Shown here one piece after another: positions 25,001 through 39,191 of a DNA stretch of 64,000 nt. Every line of letters begins with the position of its first letter. The stretch's first letter is position 1. Source of the stretch: Bigelowiella natans CCMP2755. Its lineage: Eukaryota > Protista > Cercozoa. The translations under genes were made by a program, and so were the position numbers. The stretch spans positions 9,160 through 73,159 of the forward strand of contig ADNK01002458.1 of NCBI GenBank assembly GCA_000320545.1. The letters are read 5' to 3'. The notes below the pieces were generated by a model that worked only from the letters and a program-made list of their open reading frames with translations, did no database searches and was not told where the DNA came from.

Positions 25001-28000
25001 CCGAGGTGCGTTGAGCTCGATAAAGCTCGAGTCCTGTAAAATCAGCATTCTTAGCTCATGGAGCACACCCTTTCGTCAATATTCTGCTTATCCTCGCAGT
25101 GAAGTAGAGAAATTAGCTCCCAGAGGAAGTCACTATTTACGGAACATTGAATCCTCTGGTCCTAAGCTTATAACTGCCGTACACGACGAAGTAACTGGCC
25201 TTTACAGGGAGCTCTCTTGTAGTATTCGCGACAACGATGTGTCAGAGCAGATGAAAGCACTGGCGATCGATAGCTGGGCTATTGATCTCCTCCCACACGA
25301 TCACACATTCCTACTTAAGACAGGTATCTTGGGTGTGCTTGAGAAGGTTGCTGGCGCTGAAGCTAAGAATGGAGCTACTTCGCCATCATCAACTCAACCT
25401 AAAAATCTGCTGCTGGCACGCATGGCCGCAAAAGCGTTGCGAGTACTTCACGTCAATGCTTTAGATTGCAGCCCAACACTAGGAACGGGTGCAACCCAAA
25501 ATACGTTGAACAAACTCCAGGTCCACGTTTTGAACCGCACACTCGTTGATCTCCAAGAAGGGTTGAGAGACCTTGACGTTCTTCGTGAGAAACTCAGCGA
25601 TGTTCGAATCACCAATGTTCGCTTGGGACATGACTTCTGTGTGAAACCGAAATCCCTCGAGGAGAAATTACTTTCCGATGTCTTGAAGCAATCTTTAGGC
25701 AACTCTGGCGTCGCTCATTCTTCTTCCTCAGAATCTCTAAATAGCACCAACGACAGAAAGGGAGCCCGAAACGTCCAGAGATACATGGACAAGGAGCAGC
25801 AAAGCTTTGATGCTCTCGCAATGATGTGCAGTACTCTTGGAGGGTTTGCAACTCAGGGAGCTGCAGCATTCCTTTCCAAGAAACCAGTATTGGAGTGTTT
25901 TATCAAAATTCTCTCTCGGGGCACCCTTAGGATGCAGAGAGTAGTTTTTCGAGTCTTTCGTGTTCTCCTGCCTAAGATCGGCCCATCACTCATCGATGGA
26001 CTATGCGAGAAGGTGGGATGGGGATCTCAAGCGGAAATTGCTCAAGTGAAGAAGGCCGGGAGATTCACACGCACTCTATTTATGATCGTTGGAAATGCCT
26101 TAATTACGCAAAAACCTGCGGGGCTTATCAACCAGAGCCCTTTCGAATACCGAAATGGCCAATCTGTGCTTGCCCATGCCTCTGATGCGTTGGCCTTGCT
26201 CAGAATCCTTGGTGTTGTAGTGCCCACTACTCCATCCTCCTCAGCTTCTGAGGATGCTCAAGACAATGGCGAAGACACAAAGACTAAAGAGGAGGAGGAT
26301 GAGAAGGAAGAGGAACGACTTGCTGCGGAAAGGTCTGTCTCATCCCTTGAATGGGAAGCGCAAGTTCGGGCATTAATCGCTTACGGGTTCCGTCAGCTAC
26401 CAAAGCTCATCAACAAGTCACAAGGGGGAATGAACGCTGATCATTTAAGGCAGAATCCATGTGATCTGCCATATGCTATGGCCGCCTTCAGCATTATTGG
26501 TGGACATTCGCCTCAGCTTACGATTGGCGGGAGGGTGGAAATTGTGCGATCGAGTTCAAGTGGTGATGATGAAGGAGCCATGCGAGAAACAGGAGATCTT
26601 GTATATCTGGACCGATCTTCCAATATATGCCGTGTGCGATTTGACCACACGCCAGCCCGTGTGGTCGAGTGCGAAATATCCAAGCTTCGGGCTATTGATC
26701 CAGTTGAGTTCGACCCAAAAGCTTTGTTTACCACCACCACTCTTACAAAGGACTTCATCTCTATCTTCCAGCTTTTCACGCAGGTCTTGAACGAGGACGC
26801 TACAGAGCAGGTCAAGCGCAAGGAAGAGGAGGAGAAAGCGAAAAAGGTGCAAGAGAGCGAACGTAAGGAGAAAGAAGCTAAGCGGATACAGCGGGAGAAA
26901 GAAGCAGCAAGCGCGACATGGGATTGTCAGATATGTACCTTCATTAACCAGCCGAGCGCCAAATCATGTGCCATGTGTGGTACACCACGTCCTGCAGCCC
27001 TGCCCAATCTCAACACTGATGATCTCAATGATGACAACGGCCAAGAAGAGGGTGAAAGTAAGGCAACGGAGAAGGAAGCAAGTGAGGATGCATTGCTATA
27101 CCGCCAGCTACGTTCTGTAGCGCTTGAATCGCTTTGCAGCCTCATGAAATCTGAGGAAGTCAGCAAGCTGTTGATCGGGTCCTCCTCCATGCTTCCAGCT
27201 CTTCTTCGCCTCGCAACACAACCAACAACTCTTGACAGCTATAAATCTGTTCCGCAACTTCACGCGGAGCATGATAGGCTGCAGGAGCTGCTGCTCCAGG
27301 CTAGAGATTCTGTCATTGATTATTTACGGGTCTTCAAGCGTAAAGCTAAAGGCATTACCCTGGATTGCTCGCCTTTCAAAGGTTTGCAGGTACAGCTCCC
27401 AAATGCCCTTGATGCTGCTTCATCTCGTGCAATGACCTTTGTGGGTGATGACGACCTTACAACTGCTACCTTCAACGCAACGAAGCTGATGGGGACCATG
27501 CGCTCAAACCATGCTATTCCAAATTCGCTGCTCGCTTACTACTTCGAGATTACAATCGAGGACGAAGGTGTCTCTCCAGAGCTCGCTTCAGGGGCTGCGG
27601 GGACCGATAAATCCAAAGAAATTGAAAAGAAAAAGAGTAATGGGTCGTGGGGAATAGCCTTCGGTCTCTTCCGTGCAGGAATGCAAATGGACGGGGTGCC
27701 AGGAAGCTATAACTCATACGCATTTAACTCCACTGGAGAGCTTATTTCGACCATCTCTCGTGTACCTGTTAGGAAGGAATTTGGCGAACCATTTGGAAGT
27801 GGTGATGTCCTTGGATGTGTGTGGGAGATCAGGAGCAAGCGTGTCTACTTCACAAAGAATGGCTCTGTGATCAAGTCTAAAGACGGTTCTGAGACTGCCT
27901 TTACGAACGTTGACGGGTTCTTTCACCCCATCGTGTGGTGTCAAAATGCGGGTGCAAGAGTCAGCGTCAATTTCGGTCAGAGCAAATGGCGATTTAACTT

Positions 28001-31000
28001 TAAGCAAACGCTCCCCGCGCACTATCTCCAACAACTAGCGGACGCAGAGAAGAAGGGCGACAAGATGAATTGGAAGGCCAGCGAAGCAGAGATCCGCCGC
28101 AAAACTATGGCAGAGGAACTTGTTGTAATGATGGGTATATTCCCTACAGAGCTTTGTGAGGTCGCCCTTGAACGATGCCAGGATGATATGGAACATGCTG
28201 CCAACTGGCTCATTGAGAATGGACGCAGAGAGCTTGAGATTATGACAAATAACGCAATTCGTGCTTCAGGTATGTCACAAGTATTTTCTCTTTTTTTCCG
28301 ATGCTTGTGTTAAGCTTCTGTGCCTTAAAAAGAGTTGTTGCCTATTGCTTTCATTTTTATTTTTTTGTACTGTTCCATGGGAACAACGTTGATTTGGCAC
28401 TTAATATCAGAGATGATGCACGAATCCAAGCAAATGGAAGCTGCAGGTGTAATTCAAGACAGAAATCGTGGCGCTGGCGAAGACGACAGCGACGATGAAG
28501 ATCTAGCTGAGTGGCTTGTGGGCAACGGTAACGTCTCCAGCGATCCAAGTTCTCAACGTAGAGCTGCAGCTGCAAGCTTCTTGGACGACGAGATTGAACA
28601 GGACGTCCCTGTAGGAGTGGAGCGAAATGAAATCCGCCGCAATGGCGATGCAGAAGCCAGAGAGCACGGGGGACAGCAGAATCAGCATGTAGCTTCTCAA
28701 GCTAACGAAGATAGCGTTGATATCGTTTACGACAATCTTAAGATTGAGGATGTACATCCTGGGCAGATGGTGACGGTGAATCCTTTGGCCCTTTCTATTA
28801 TTGGCGAAAACTTTCTCACACATGGCCCTCAAAGAGAACATATTCGAGCAGTTGCAGGAAGAAGTGGTCTTGTAGCTAATGTTGAGGTCAATTGTAAAGC
28901 CGTGCAGTTGTTATTTTCCAATCTAGATCAAGGAAGCCAACACTGTTTATGGCTCCCTCTGAACGTATTGCTTAGAGCTTCTGGACAATGGCAAGATCCA
29001 TGCCCTCAACAATACAGTGGAGAGTCTTGGGGTAAGCTGGGTCATAAGTTCTTGGACTGTGAGCAAGCTCTATCTGTACGAAAGGTTCGCAGCGCTGTTG
29101 TCGGCTTAGTTGCTCAGAAATGGCCAAAAAACATCCCGTTTGGTCTTAAGCAGCTTGGAGGTGCGGAAGCTGTGATGTGCATTTTACAACTCACCGCTGC
29201 TGAAGTACTGTCGACGGTCCTTGATGATAAAATTAATTCGTCTGCGCTCGACTCCTCTGTTCCCCTTCTTGATGCTTTCCGCGAAAAAATCCTTCGAATC
29301 GTCGAAAATGAATGGGAAGCGGTGAAGAGTCGACCCGAGAGCAGCCTGCCTGAGCTGCACCATCACCCCGAGACTTTGCATAAGACTATCTCATCAGGAG
29401 AAAAATTCGAGCACAAACGGGATTATCTCTCGAAGTCATCCTGTCCATTGATTCAAACGTTACTTGAGGAGTGCATAGTGCATTTTGCCCAGGCTGTGGA
29501 CCACCCCCCCCCCGTCTTGGTCTATAAATCTAAGCATCCATATGCCTCTCATGACGAAGTGCGTGAGGAGGTTCACATCCCAGGAGCCAACAAACTCGTA
29601 GTTACGTTCGACTCGCGCTGTCATCTTGGTAATGATATTTTGACCAGACTGAGTTTCTACAGAGACCCCGACTACCAAGACTTGATCTCTCAGCATAATG
29701 GTCGTGGTGCAGCACGGTATCCAACTCTGGTTGTACCAGGGGACCGATTGTTCTTCAAATTCACTTCCCAGAACAACAATGGGCTATGGGGCTATAAATT
29801 CAAGGTGAAACCTCTAGAGTACCGCCTTGACGACCAGCAGGCGCTTAACAGCCACAATTTTGAGCTTGGGAGGTGGCTTTTCGAGCTGTTCCTCACTCAA
29901 ATGCCCCAGGAGATCACGGAGAGATATATTGTTGAACTGTATGACGCAATTACCCTCTACGTCATTCATGCCCGTCCCTCCACGAAAATAAAAGGCGTTA
30001 AGTTGCTGATACAATTTCTCCTACATGTGCACCGTATACCTGCGCTGAGGTTATCGCTCTTGCTAGGCCGCATGGCCAAGGTACCAGATCTGAAGAAATT
30101 AAAACCTCTCACTCAAGAGATGGACGCTGTCATGGGGAGCCTCGACGTGAATCGCACCATCCATTCACAGACACTGCAAGCGCTAATGGAGCTTCTTGCA
30201 ACTGCTGACCTTGTTCAGAAGGACTTCACCATTGGTAAGCGACGACGTCACCATCTGGACACTACAAGTAGTAGCCGTGACTCCAAAGAGGAGAAAGAAG
30301 AGAAGGACAGCAAGGAAGAGGATAATAAGAATACAAGGGCCGGTACAACAGCAGTAGCAGTAGCAGCGCCACATACTTGTAAAATTCATTTCGGCCAAAA
30401 AAATATGGCCGATATTAGGAACTATGGACGCAGAAGACTTGTGATTCTAGAAGCAAAATATAGCTCTGGTGCTACAAGCGCAGCATCATCATCGTCATCC
30501 AAAAACTCCAGCAGCAGCCTCGACATTACCACGAGTCTTCAGGCTTATCTAAATCGATGTGGAGGAGCTGATCTTGTGCTTCCTGTATCGTTCAAACTCC
30601 TCTCCGAACTTAAGCCATTTGGTGTGGACCCCGACCCAAGCTGCGACAAGAAAAAGCTCCGGATACTCTATCGCATAGAGCGCGAGGAGTACGTTCCTGG
30701 GAAGGGTGCTGTCATGAATGTTGTCAAGGATAAGCTCGAGAGAACATTAGTTTTCCGTATGGGTACTAAAACCCAGCCAGCAGTGGGCGATGGAGAACTT
30801 ACGCATCATACAATAAGTTCATCACCTTCGATGTTTGAGCAGGTGGTACGTATATCTAGATTCACTCTGCAGGCCCAAGTGGCAGCACCAGAAACATCAT
30901 CATCATCAGCCACTGTCACCACAGATTCGAAGAATAAAAACAACCTCAAAGCTGCTGCTTCTTCTTCTTCTTCAAGCGATGGAGATGTTAAGAAATCATC

Positions 31001-34000
31001 ATCTGCAGGATCTCCTCGAGGTGTTGCTACTACTAGTACTACAAGCAGTCCCTTTGGTAAGGGAAATATCGTAGCGACCGATGAATTACTGATCGAAGCT
31101 GTGCGTCTATGGTCTCTCGAGGGATCTTACACCCAGCTTGTTCCTCCCACAGGGGATGGAAAAGAGCTACAGCCTAAGACGGAATTAGGCTTTGCAAACC
31201 CAGGGCACTTCTCCAATCAATTTACGGCTTCTATGTGGATCTTCTTGAAGAAGGAGCCAAGCAAGAAATCGACGGCAGCTCCTCGTGCTATCTTACACCG
31301 AGGTTATCATATCACCACAGGAGACCCATCTCCACAAAAATTCGCGTTCCGCCGAGTGAAGCACGATACTTCACGCATGTTGTTCATGATACTGATGGAT
31401 GCTCGAGATAACTATATCCAGGTACACTGTGATGCCTCCAGCCACGGCGCAGCTCATATCATCAAGAGTAAAAAACAGGTTCCAGTGAGGAAATGGACGC
31501 ACGTAGCTGTGGTGTGTAGAGGGCATGCAATCGAAATCTTCATTGACGGCAAGATAGATTTCAAGGGCAATCTCCAAAGACCAATGGCAGGTAACGTTGA
31601 CCCTATAATACTTGGGCGACCCACACCAGGATTTCGTGCAGCTGGTCTGCCACCTTCTAGGCCTGGTGCTCCAACTAATGCAGCAACACCCGAAGCACAG
31701 ATGCAAAGCGTTGAGGCTGTGGTCAAGGACGTACGATGGTACGTGCGAGATCTTTCTGAGAAGGGCGTAAAGGCTATCATGGAAGATTGCAAGCCGAACA
31801 ACCGGAAAAGATCTTCGCAGAAAAACTTCACGCTACAATCACCTAGCAGTTTGGGTGGTGATTTCAAATCTCCAAATATGATTAACGAAGCTCATCTAGA
31901 TGCAATAGATGCACTCTGCACAGGGAGAAGGGTGGCAATCGAGAGTGCGGACAGCAGCAGCAGCAGCAGCAACAACAGCAGCAATGCGGGAGGTGATGTA
32001 AATCCAAGCATATGGAAACACTGGCACCAGTGGACACCGAGAATGGACATGCAGCTCATGAGGCTATTCACCGAGATCGCTGAACACCGACAAAAGGCCA
32101 TGGGCATCTTCAAGCGAGGCGCCTTGCCAAGCCTGATAAACCTACCTGCAAGGATGGTAGAAATACCAGACAAGCTACTTCGCCCCTACCCTCTCCTGAG
32201 AGGTATTCCAAGGGAGTGCCTCAGGATGCGCTTCCTCTTTATACAGATTCTGAATGTCCGCATATTGTCTGTGCTCCCGATGGTGGATTTTTCGCAGGCT
32301 CTGTCCCCTTGGAGCCTAGCCCACCGACTCTCTGCTCTTAGTCACCTGATCTTCCTCGAGATCAAAAACATTGCATGGACTCATATTCTCCAGCAAACAG
32401 CGACTGGTCGTGGTCACTACGTCAATATCAATCTCCCTCGTGCAAAGAAGGCACAAGAGCGTGGCGACACCAGCGGGCGCAAATCTGTTTTCTTCCAGCT
32501 CTATCTTCAGCTGCACTTCGTAAAGCCCTCCCTGCTCCGTGTGGATGGGGGTAGTAGGCCTTGGGTGGTCAGCTATGCAGGATTCGGAGGCCAAGACGCT
32601 GGTGGGTTGTTCCGTGATTCTGTCTCGACACTGTGCACAGAGCTGCAAAGCAAATGGGTGCCGCTCTTCATACCAGTGCCCAACTCCAGGGATGGGGGTG
32701 TCGGGGATAACCAAGAGAAATGGCTGCCGAACCCCTCCTCCCGCTCCGCACTCCACATCTCCAACTATGCTTTTGTCGGAAAGCTGATGGGAATTGCAGT
32801 AAGGGGCTCTCACATGCTTAATCTTGATCTACCCTCCCTGGTATGGAAGCCTCTAGTGGGTGATACGGTCACCATGAGCGATGTTAAGGCGGTGGACGTC
32901 ATTGCACATGGAAGGATAGAATCTCTTGCCAAGGCACTCGTCTCTGCTAATGCTGCTGCTACTTCTGGGTAAAGATTAGTAGTAAGAAGGAGGAGGAGGA
33001 GGAGGGGTTCAAGAATAACATCAAAAAGAACATCAACAATATCACATCGTCATCATCATCATTATTTGTTTTAAGCGCTTGTGGTTTCTTTCTACTAGGA
33101 GCATTAATAAGGAGAGTTACATGGATCTTGTTCCGAACAAGTTTATCATGATAGGTTATGATGGCAAGGAGGTAAACATACAATATCCACAACAATAACA
33201 ACAACAATACGAAAGATATGTTTAAAATTCACAGCGTAGTCATCATCATCATAATCATCATCATCATCATCGTTACACCTTATTATTATTATCATCATTG
33301 CCTCACCTACTTAGGTCGAGCTCAAGGAAGATGGGAAAAACATTGATAATACATGGGAAACCCGTGAGGAGTATCTTTCCCTCCTCAAACAGGCCAAGCT
33401 AGCTGAAGTGCGCCCTCAGGCACAGGTGGTGGTCCATTGTAGTACTACTACTAGTAGTAGTAGTAGTAGTAGTAGAAGTAGTTGTAGTAGTTGTAGTAGT
33501 AGTGGTACTATGATTTACTACTCACATCATCATTATTTTAACTTTACCTCTTCCACCTCATAGTAGTAGTAGTAGTAGTAGTATCGTGTTGTTTCCGCTG
33601 GGACTGTGGTTCATTTATTCATTGATTGATTCATTATCTTGATCATCTTGTTATTGATTCACAGGCGATCAGGAAAGGATTAGGCACCATTGTTCCTATC
33701 CAACTCCTACCTCTCTTCACGTGGCAGGAACTGGAAATGATGGTATTATTATCATATAAGAGCGAACGGCGACAAACAACGACGATGATCATCAACGAAC
33801 CGAAGAAGAAGAAGAAGAAGAGAGAGAGAGACGAAGAAGATGATGGCTGACGAGAATAACCCAGAATAAATGTTTCTTAATATTATTCATTCATTGGACG
33901 ACTCCTTCGTACTATTCTTATGCTTCAAGAAATGTTCGCATATAATAATAATGAATAATAATAACATATGGTCATCTAGGTTTGTGGGAAACGGGAGATA

Positions 34001-34097
34001 GACATCGATTATCTAAGGGTAATAAGTTTTAATTCATTAACACATGCAATAACGATGTTGATTATAGATGTTCGATATTTATCCTTTAAAAAATAGT

Positions 34098-34134
<37 letters not shown>

Positions 34135-34904
34135 GGGGTCTTGCATTACTCATCTCTCCCTCCTCCCTCCCTACTTCCTACAACTCCTGAAAGGCAAACA
34201 CTCGATACCGTGCTCCTGTGAAAGGAACCGATCCACACGTTAAGATGCTGTGGGAAGTGTTAGAAGACTTCAATCACGAGGAAAGAAGGCTATTTCTTCG
34301 CTTTGTATGGGGACAATCCCGGCTGCCGTACAATCCTGCGGTAGTAGCAGTAGCAGTAGTAGGAATAGTAGCAGAAACAGCTCACTTCACCACGTTGAGA
34401 TGATGATGATGATGATGATGATAGTGCTTGCTTGCATTCGAGTGAAATGAATGGTTGATGCTTCGTGCATTCTAGAACTTGGAAGACAAATAACAATAAC
34501 TATCCGATTTTTGTTTTCCCTTTCCTTACCACACATTCATCCCGAAAGAAACCCAACAGGGACACATTTGAAGAATTTTGTCTAACTGCCTTATAAACTC
34601 AGGACTTCACCCAAAAGTTTGAAATCTTGTCATCGAGGGATAACAACGATGGGGTTCTACCAGTTAGCCGTAAGTTTCAAATCAATCAATCACATTTAAT
34701 AGTTTTCGTCTACTCTGAAGTGTGATGTTGATGATGTTGTTTGTTGCTAAAATATTCGCAGATACGTGTTTCTTCTCCGTGGAGCTTCCGCGTTACACGA
34801 ACAAGGCGTCAATGAGAGAGAAGATTCTCTATGCGATTACTAATTGCCACTCGATTGACACAGACCATGCAGCACAGAACGTCGATTGGGACGACGAATC
34901 TTAA
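19802..34904 (+). CDS. Giant HECT E3 ubiquitin ligase (HERC/HECTD4-like): 2 CUB-like domains, RanBP2 zinc finger, SPRY, UBA, MIB/SH3-like, DUF3395-like, LamG/ConA-like, HECT
   Basis: Very long ORFs of 599, 423, 1396 and 1545 aa joined by short introns. Motifs [32 protein letters not shown]...[21 protein letters not shown], and [14 protein letters not shown]...[12 protein letters not shown]...[16 protein letters not shown] with the catalytic Cys. The 5' exons splice in frame from MGAGVPS at 19802. Confidence 0.92.
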
Positions 34905-34999
34905 TTCCGTGTAAAGATGATGAAGCTGGCTTAATATGCGCTCAGCCAGCAATTTACAGCGATATATGTTCTCTTCTATGACCAGCCATGATGTCATCA

Positions 35000-35720
35000 T
35001 TACTCGACATTAATTAAGTAAGAGATTGTCTATATGCGCATGATACGCGTCGATTGGATATTGCTCATGCCACACGATTTTGATCTAGTGATGCATATAA
35101 CATGTATGAAACTCTCTTCATTTGTTATTTTTGTGTTAATGTGCGGCGCCTACGTGACACGCTAGGCACACTAATATCTAGATTGTCTGGTATATGCAAT
35201 AGATACATCTGGATGTTTCACATGTCCATGCTAGATATAGCATATCATCATGCTAGCATGTATTACTAGATAACTAGGGGAGACATCTCTAGCTTAATCA
35301 AATATCCAGGCATCAAACGTTAGCAAGCATAATTAGTTAGGCTAAGCGTGCTTTAGCTAGTTAGGTCACCGTGTGTTTGCCATATATCACATGATCAAGC
35401 GGGCAATATGAGAAGAAAAGGACACCCTGATAGCCAAGTAGCTTGGGCGCTTTGTAGCTCTCTGTTTCTAATAGAAAATGTAGTGCATGACACATGCTAG
35501 CCATGACAAGCATGCTAGCATGCAGCATTGCAGTGACTTATCATTGCTCTAGATCTAGAGATGCTACACAGCATAGCTAGACATAGCTAGTATAATTGAA
35601 CGCTTTGCTTAAACAATTGCCGTGTACCGACGTATTTTGTCACAAGTATGCTTACACTATGCCTTATCGAGCATCTAGACACGTTAATGAATAAATGTGT
35701 GCGTACATATGCAGCTTATT
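35000..35720. other. CTAG/CATG/TGCA-rich spacer between convergent 3' ends, partially TpA-depleted
   Basis: Dense GCTAGC, TCTAGA and GCATGC motifs between the HECT and ankyrin gene stops. Confidence 0.6.
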
Positions 35721-35792
35721 ACATACGTCACAACAAACGAACCCTGGATCGAGTCATCAATAGCTGAGATATATATTGTATTTTAATTAGTA

Positions 35793-37103
35793 TTACTTCT
35801 TTAACATTTCTTTCAAATTTTGGATTCCCCCGGATGTCTGAGCATTATTCCACAACATAGCAAGTATTTGTTCAAGAAGCATAATGATGTATATCATTAC
35901 GTTTAAACTTGTGCCATGCTATGCGAACGTACAAACTACCTCAATCCAAGCTTTAAATAACTCTTTTGTAGCTCTAGAGCCACGAATTTGAGCCAGAAGA
36001 ATCTGAGACATAGAACATAGAATACAAAAATCAATAACTACGAACGCACATGTAACTACAAATTGTTATTTGAACGGTGGAGATGGTTAAAATTCGATAC
36101 TCTCGAAAACCAAAGGCATACCGCATCGTCACCCATAATGTTGACTCGCATTGGATCAGCCTTTAATTCTAGGAGCCTTGTAAGAAATGGAAACATCCCT
36201 GATCCTTCGTTATCGTGAGCACTTTCGCCCTCGCTCTTATCTCCTCCGGCTCCATCTTCAATAGCTTTCATGTCAAGTTGATCTCCGTTTTCGTCAATTT
36301 TCTTGTTCACTATTGAACCTACATCATTATCAATCATCGCGATAGGAACTGCAAAGCTAGGCTTAGTAATGACAAGACCTGAAGGATCCAATGGATATCT
36401 CCCTACCATGAGCATTAATGGTGTGACCTACAAACACCTCTTTTTGTTGCTTCCATTTCTTTGCTGGAAATTATGTATCTACCCCTTGAATGTCAGCCTC
36501 AGAAGCCAGATTTTTAATGTTTTCCTTCGTTTCGATGGTCATTTGCGAGAATTGCTGCAAAATAATTTACATCATCACGATTTTACATTTGTGCTGACAT
36601 TCTGGAAAATACTTCAAACAATTTCTGACGATCTGCAGATACACCATATTGCAGGATCCCTTCAAGCACGTAGTGTAGACCAGTTCTTCCTATGCTATCT
36701 TTTGCTATTGGATTCGCTCCTTTTGCTATTAGAAGTTGCACCATTCCAAAGCACCCTGCCTGTACGGAATAATCCAAAAATTAGGCGAAGTTCTAAGACG
36801 TTCTTTTCTTACTTGGGCAGCTAGAAGCAGTGGAGTAGCATAAACCCGATTTCGACAATCAATTCGAACTTCGTGCTCATTGAGTATGTTCCTTACTTCC
36901 TTAACAGTCAGTTCCACATAAGCTATATGAATCACAAAAATTGTAGCTATTGGGACCTTCAATGCGGATGCTTGCTTTTTGTCGCTTTGGAGGATATCCC
37001 TCACACTGGCCTGAGGGACTCCAACAATATCATCCCCAGTCATAGGTGAACAAGTGACCAAATCGCATACCAAATCACACAACTTGCGTTGTAGGTCTCC
37101 CAT
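35793..37103 (-). CDS. Ankyrin-repeat protein; start may lie further upstream
   Basis: TPLLLAAQ|AGCFGMVQLLIAKGANPIAKDSIGRTGLHY, VTPLMLM and LLELKADPMRVNIMGDDA ankyrin motifs across spliced exons. Confidence 0.8.
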
Positions 37104-37683
37104 TTTCTTACTTCCACTACCGATACCGCTTGGTTTATGTGTGCTCTGGAGCGTGGTAAACATGCTGTGTTTCCAGGACGCGACAAGGTATTTATGATTG
37201 TCGCAGGACCAAAACCACAAGATATTCCCCCATAATCATCGGTGACCATGTATAAGTTCAGTAATAATGGGTTTTGAAGCATCAGCATTTTGTCATCTGG
37301 AGACCTCGTGGTGATGGTGGTGGTGATGATGATGGTGATGATGGTGATGGTGATGGAGATGGTGATGACGCTGCCATGAGGACAACAATAGTATGGATAT
37401 TGAATGCGTTATCCGTATAATCCATCTACTTTCAACAGAAGCTTCGCATTCGCAAGTCGTGTGAGGAGGAAAGAGGAGGAGGAGGAGGAGCAGGGATGAT
37501 TAACGATCTCCTGACTCGTCAGCCACATACATGATTCTTCGCTTCCTCTTTGTGACGGTAAACATTATCAATTGGGCTTAGAGTCGTAAAGTATGTAGGA
37601 ACAATTTATCAAGGGCCATTAGAGAGAGGCGCATGGGTCAGCAAGGTTGGATGATGATGATGATTGAACATCAGGGTTGCCTG

Positions 37684-38270
37684 ATGATTATCGGAAATGC
37701 TGGTTTGGTACGACCGCGCGATGAAACATTCTCCCTAAGTGGGTACGAAGAACCGGTGGAGGTGATGATTTTGTGCATCATCATGAATAGCCATAGCGGT
37801 CATGAGTGGTGTTGGTCGTTTTTAGGTTCCTGTGGACATACACGATCTTTTCAACATTTACGACCGCGTGTACTTCAGCAGTGCACTCACAAATGCAGGG
37901 GTTGAGGTTAAGTGGGGATCTAAGATGATGACAAAGTAATAAGATTCCATGTGCATAAATGGCCTTCACACTACTATTTAGTCTCATCTTGTTGTTGTTG
38001 TTGTTATAATTGTCGGTCATCATCAGGTGTGCTGGGATGTGTGAATATAAAGGCAGGACAGCCAGCATACAGATCAGACTCTCTCCTTCGCTTCTACAAT
38101 ATCGATCGTACAATCTTAATTTCTATGTTGCATTTCCTTCTGTTCCTTACTGCAGTGATGCCGCCCCCTCCTCTCAAAATAGAAACGCCGACGTGAAAGA
38201 TACCCTGCTGCACGAGATGATCCATGCTTATCTCTTTCTGGACCACACCGAAACTGACAGGTGAGTCATA

Positions 38271-38306
<36 letters not shown>

Positions 38307-39191
38307 CCAAAGCATGAAGATCATGGGGACGATGACGTTTTAACGTCGACTCCAAAGAAAACAGAGTGCTTATGATTACAACGAACTAGAGATGGACATG
38401 GAGCTCACTTCCACCGACATATGAACAGGATAAACAATATCAGGTTGGTGGAATTTTCACAAAAACAGGATAGGACAGGAAACACGTTCTCTTTCAGATT
38501 TTCCACGTTTACAAACGGGGAGTGAGAATTTTTTGAAAATCTTGCCTTACGCTTACACACCATAGAAACCCGAACGATCCTTACCGGCCATTTGGAGGCT
38601 ATAGAATAACAGTATTCCACAGCTTTATCAACGAGGTCCGACACCTTCAGGTAATGCTCATGGATGATTAGATTGAATTTGAACATGTTGATGACATATC
38701 CTTCGTATTAATATGAGGAGATGATTTTGTATTGAAATCTTGCAGTAAACGTATTACAATGTGCAACAAAAATGTACTATCTTCCACACTTAGACTCACG
38801 TGTGGAAGTGCGAAAAGTGCCATCATGTAATCAGAAGAGCCATGAATCGTCCACCCTCTGAAAAGGATTGTCGTGCTTATCGGTGAGAAAACTCGTTGTA
38901 TGAGCGGAATAAATAGAGATAAACGATGAATTTCCTGTAAACATCATATTTTTTTCGTTGCATAACTACCACTCGCTGTTCAGGAAGGATCTCTCGGGCT
39001 GGACTTTTAGTATAGACTCGCCACGTAATCGATGCGGAGATAGGCGATGCTATGTGCACAACCACATCCGGATGTGTGGGGGAGCTTATAAACGGCTGAC
39101 TCCAGAGCCTCCTGCAAAGAAAAAGAAAAAAAAATGTAGCAATGTTTCCCGACATCTACAGCAAATAGGGCCCTCATCTGGAAAAATCTGA
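37684..39191 (+). CDS. SPRTN: SprT-family DNA-protein crosslink metalloprotease (Spartan-like); start approximate
   Basis: DIHDLFNIYDREYF, CAGMCEY, IRLSPSLL, DVKDTLLHEMIHAYLF (HExxH), GHGAHFHRHMNRIN, ITVFHSFINEV, HVWKCEKC..IRRAMNRPPS and H..MCGGAY zinc-binding domain. Confidence 0.9.

Noticed and set aside
20544-32813. Numerous antisense and alternate-frame ORFs within the HECT gene
   Set aside because: Shadow ORFs of long coding exons.
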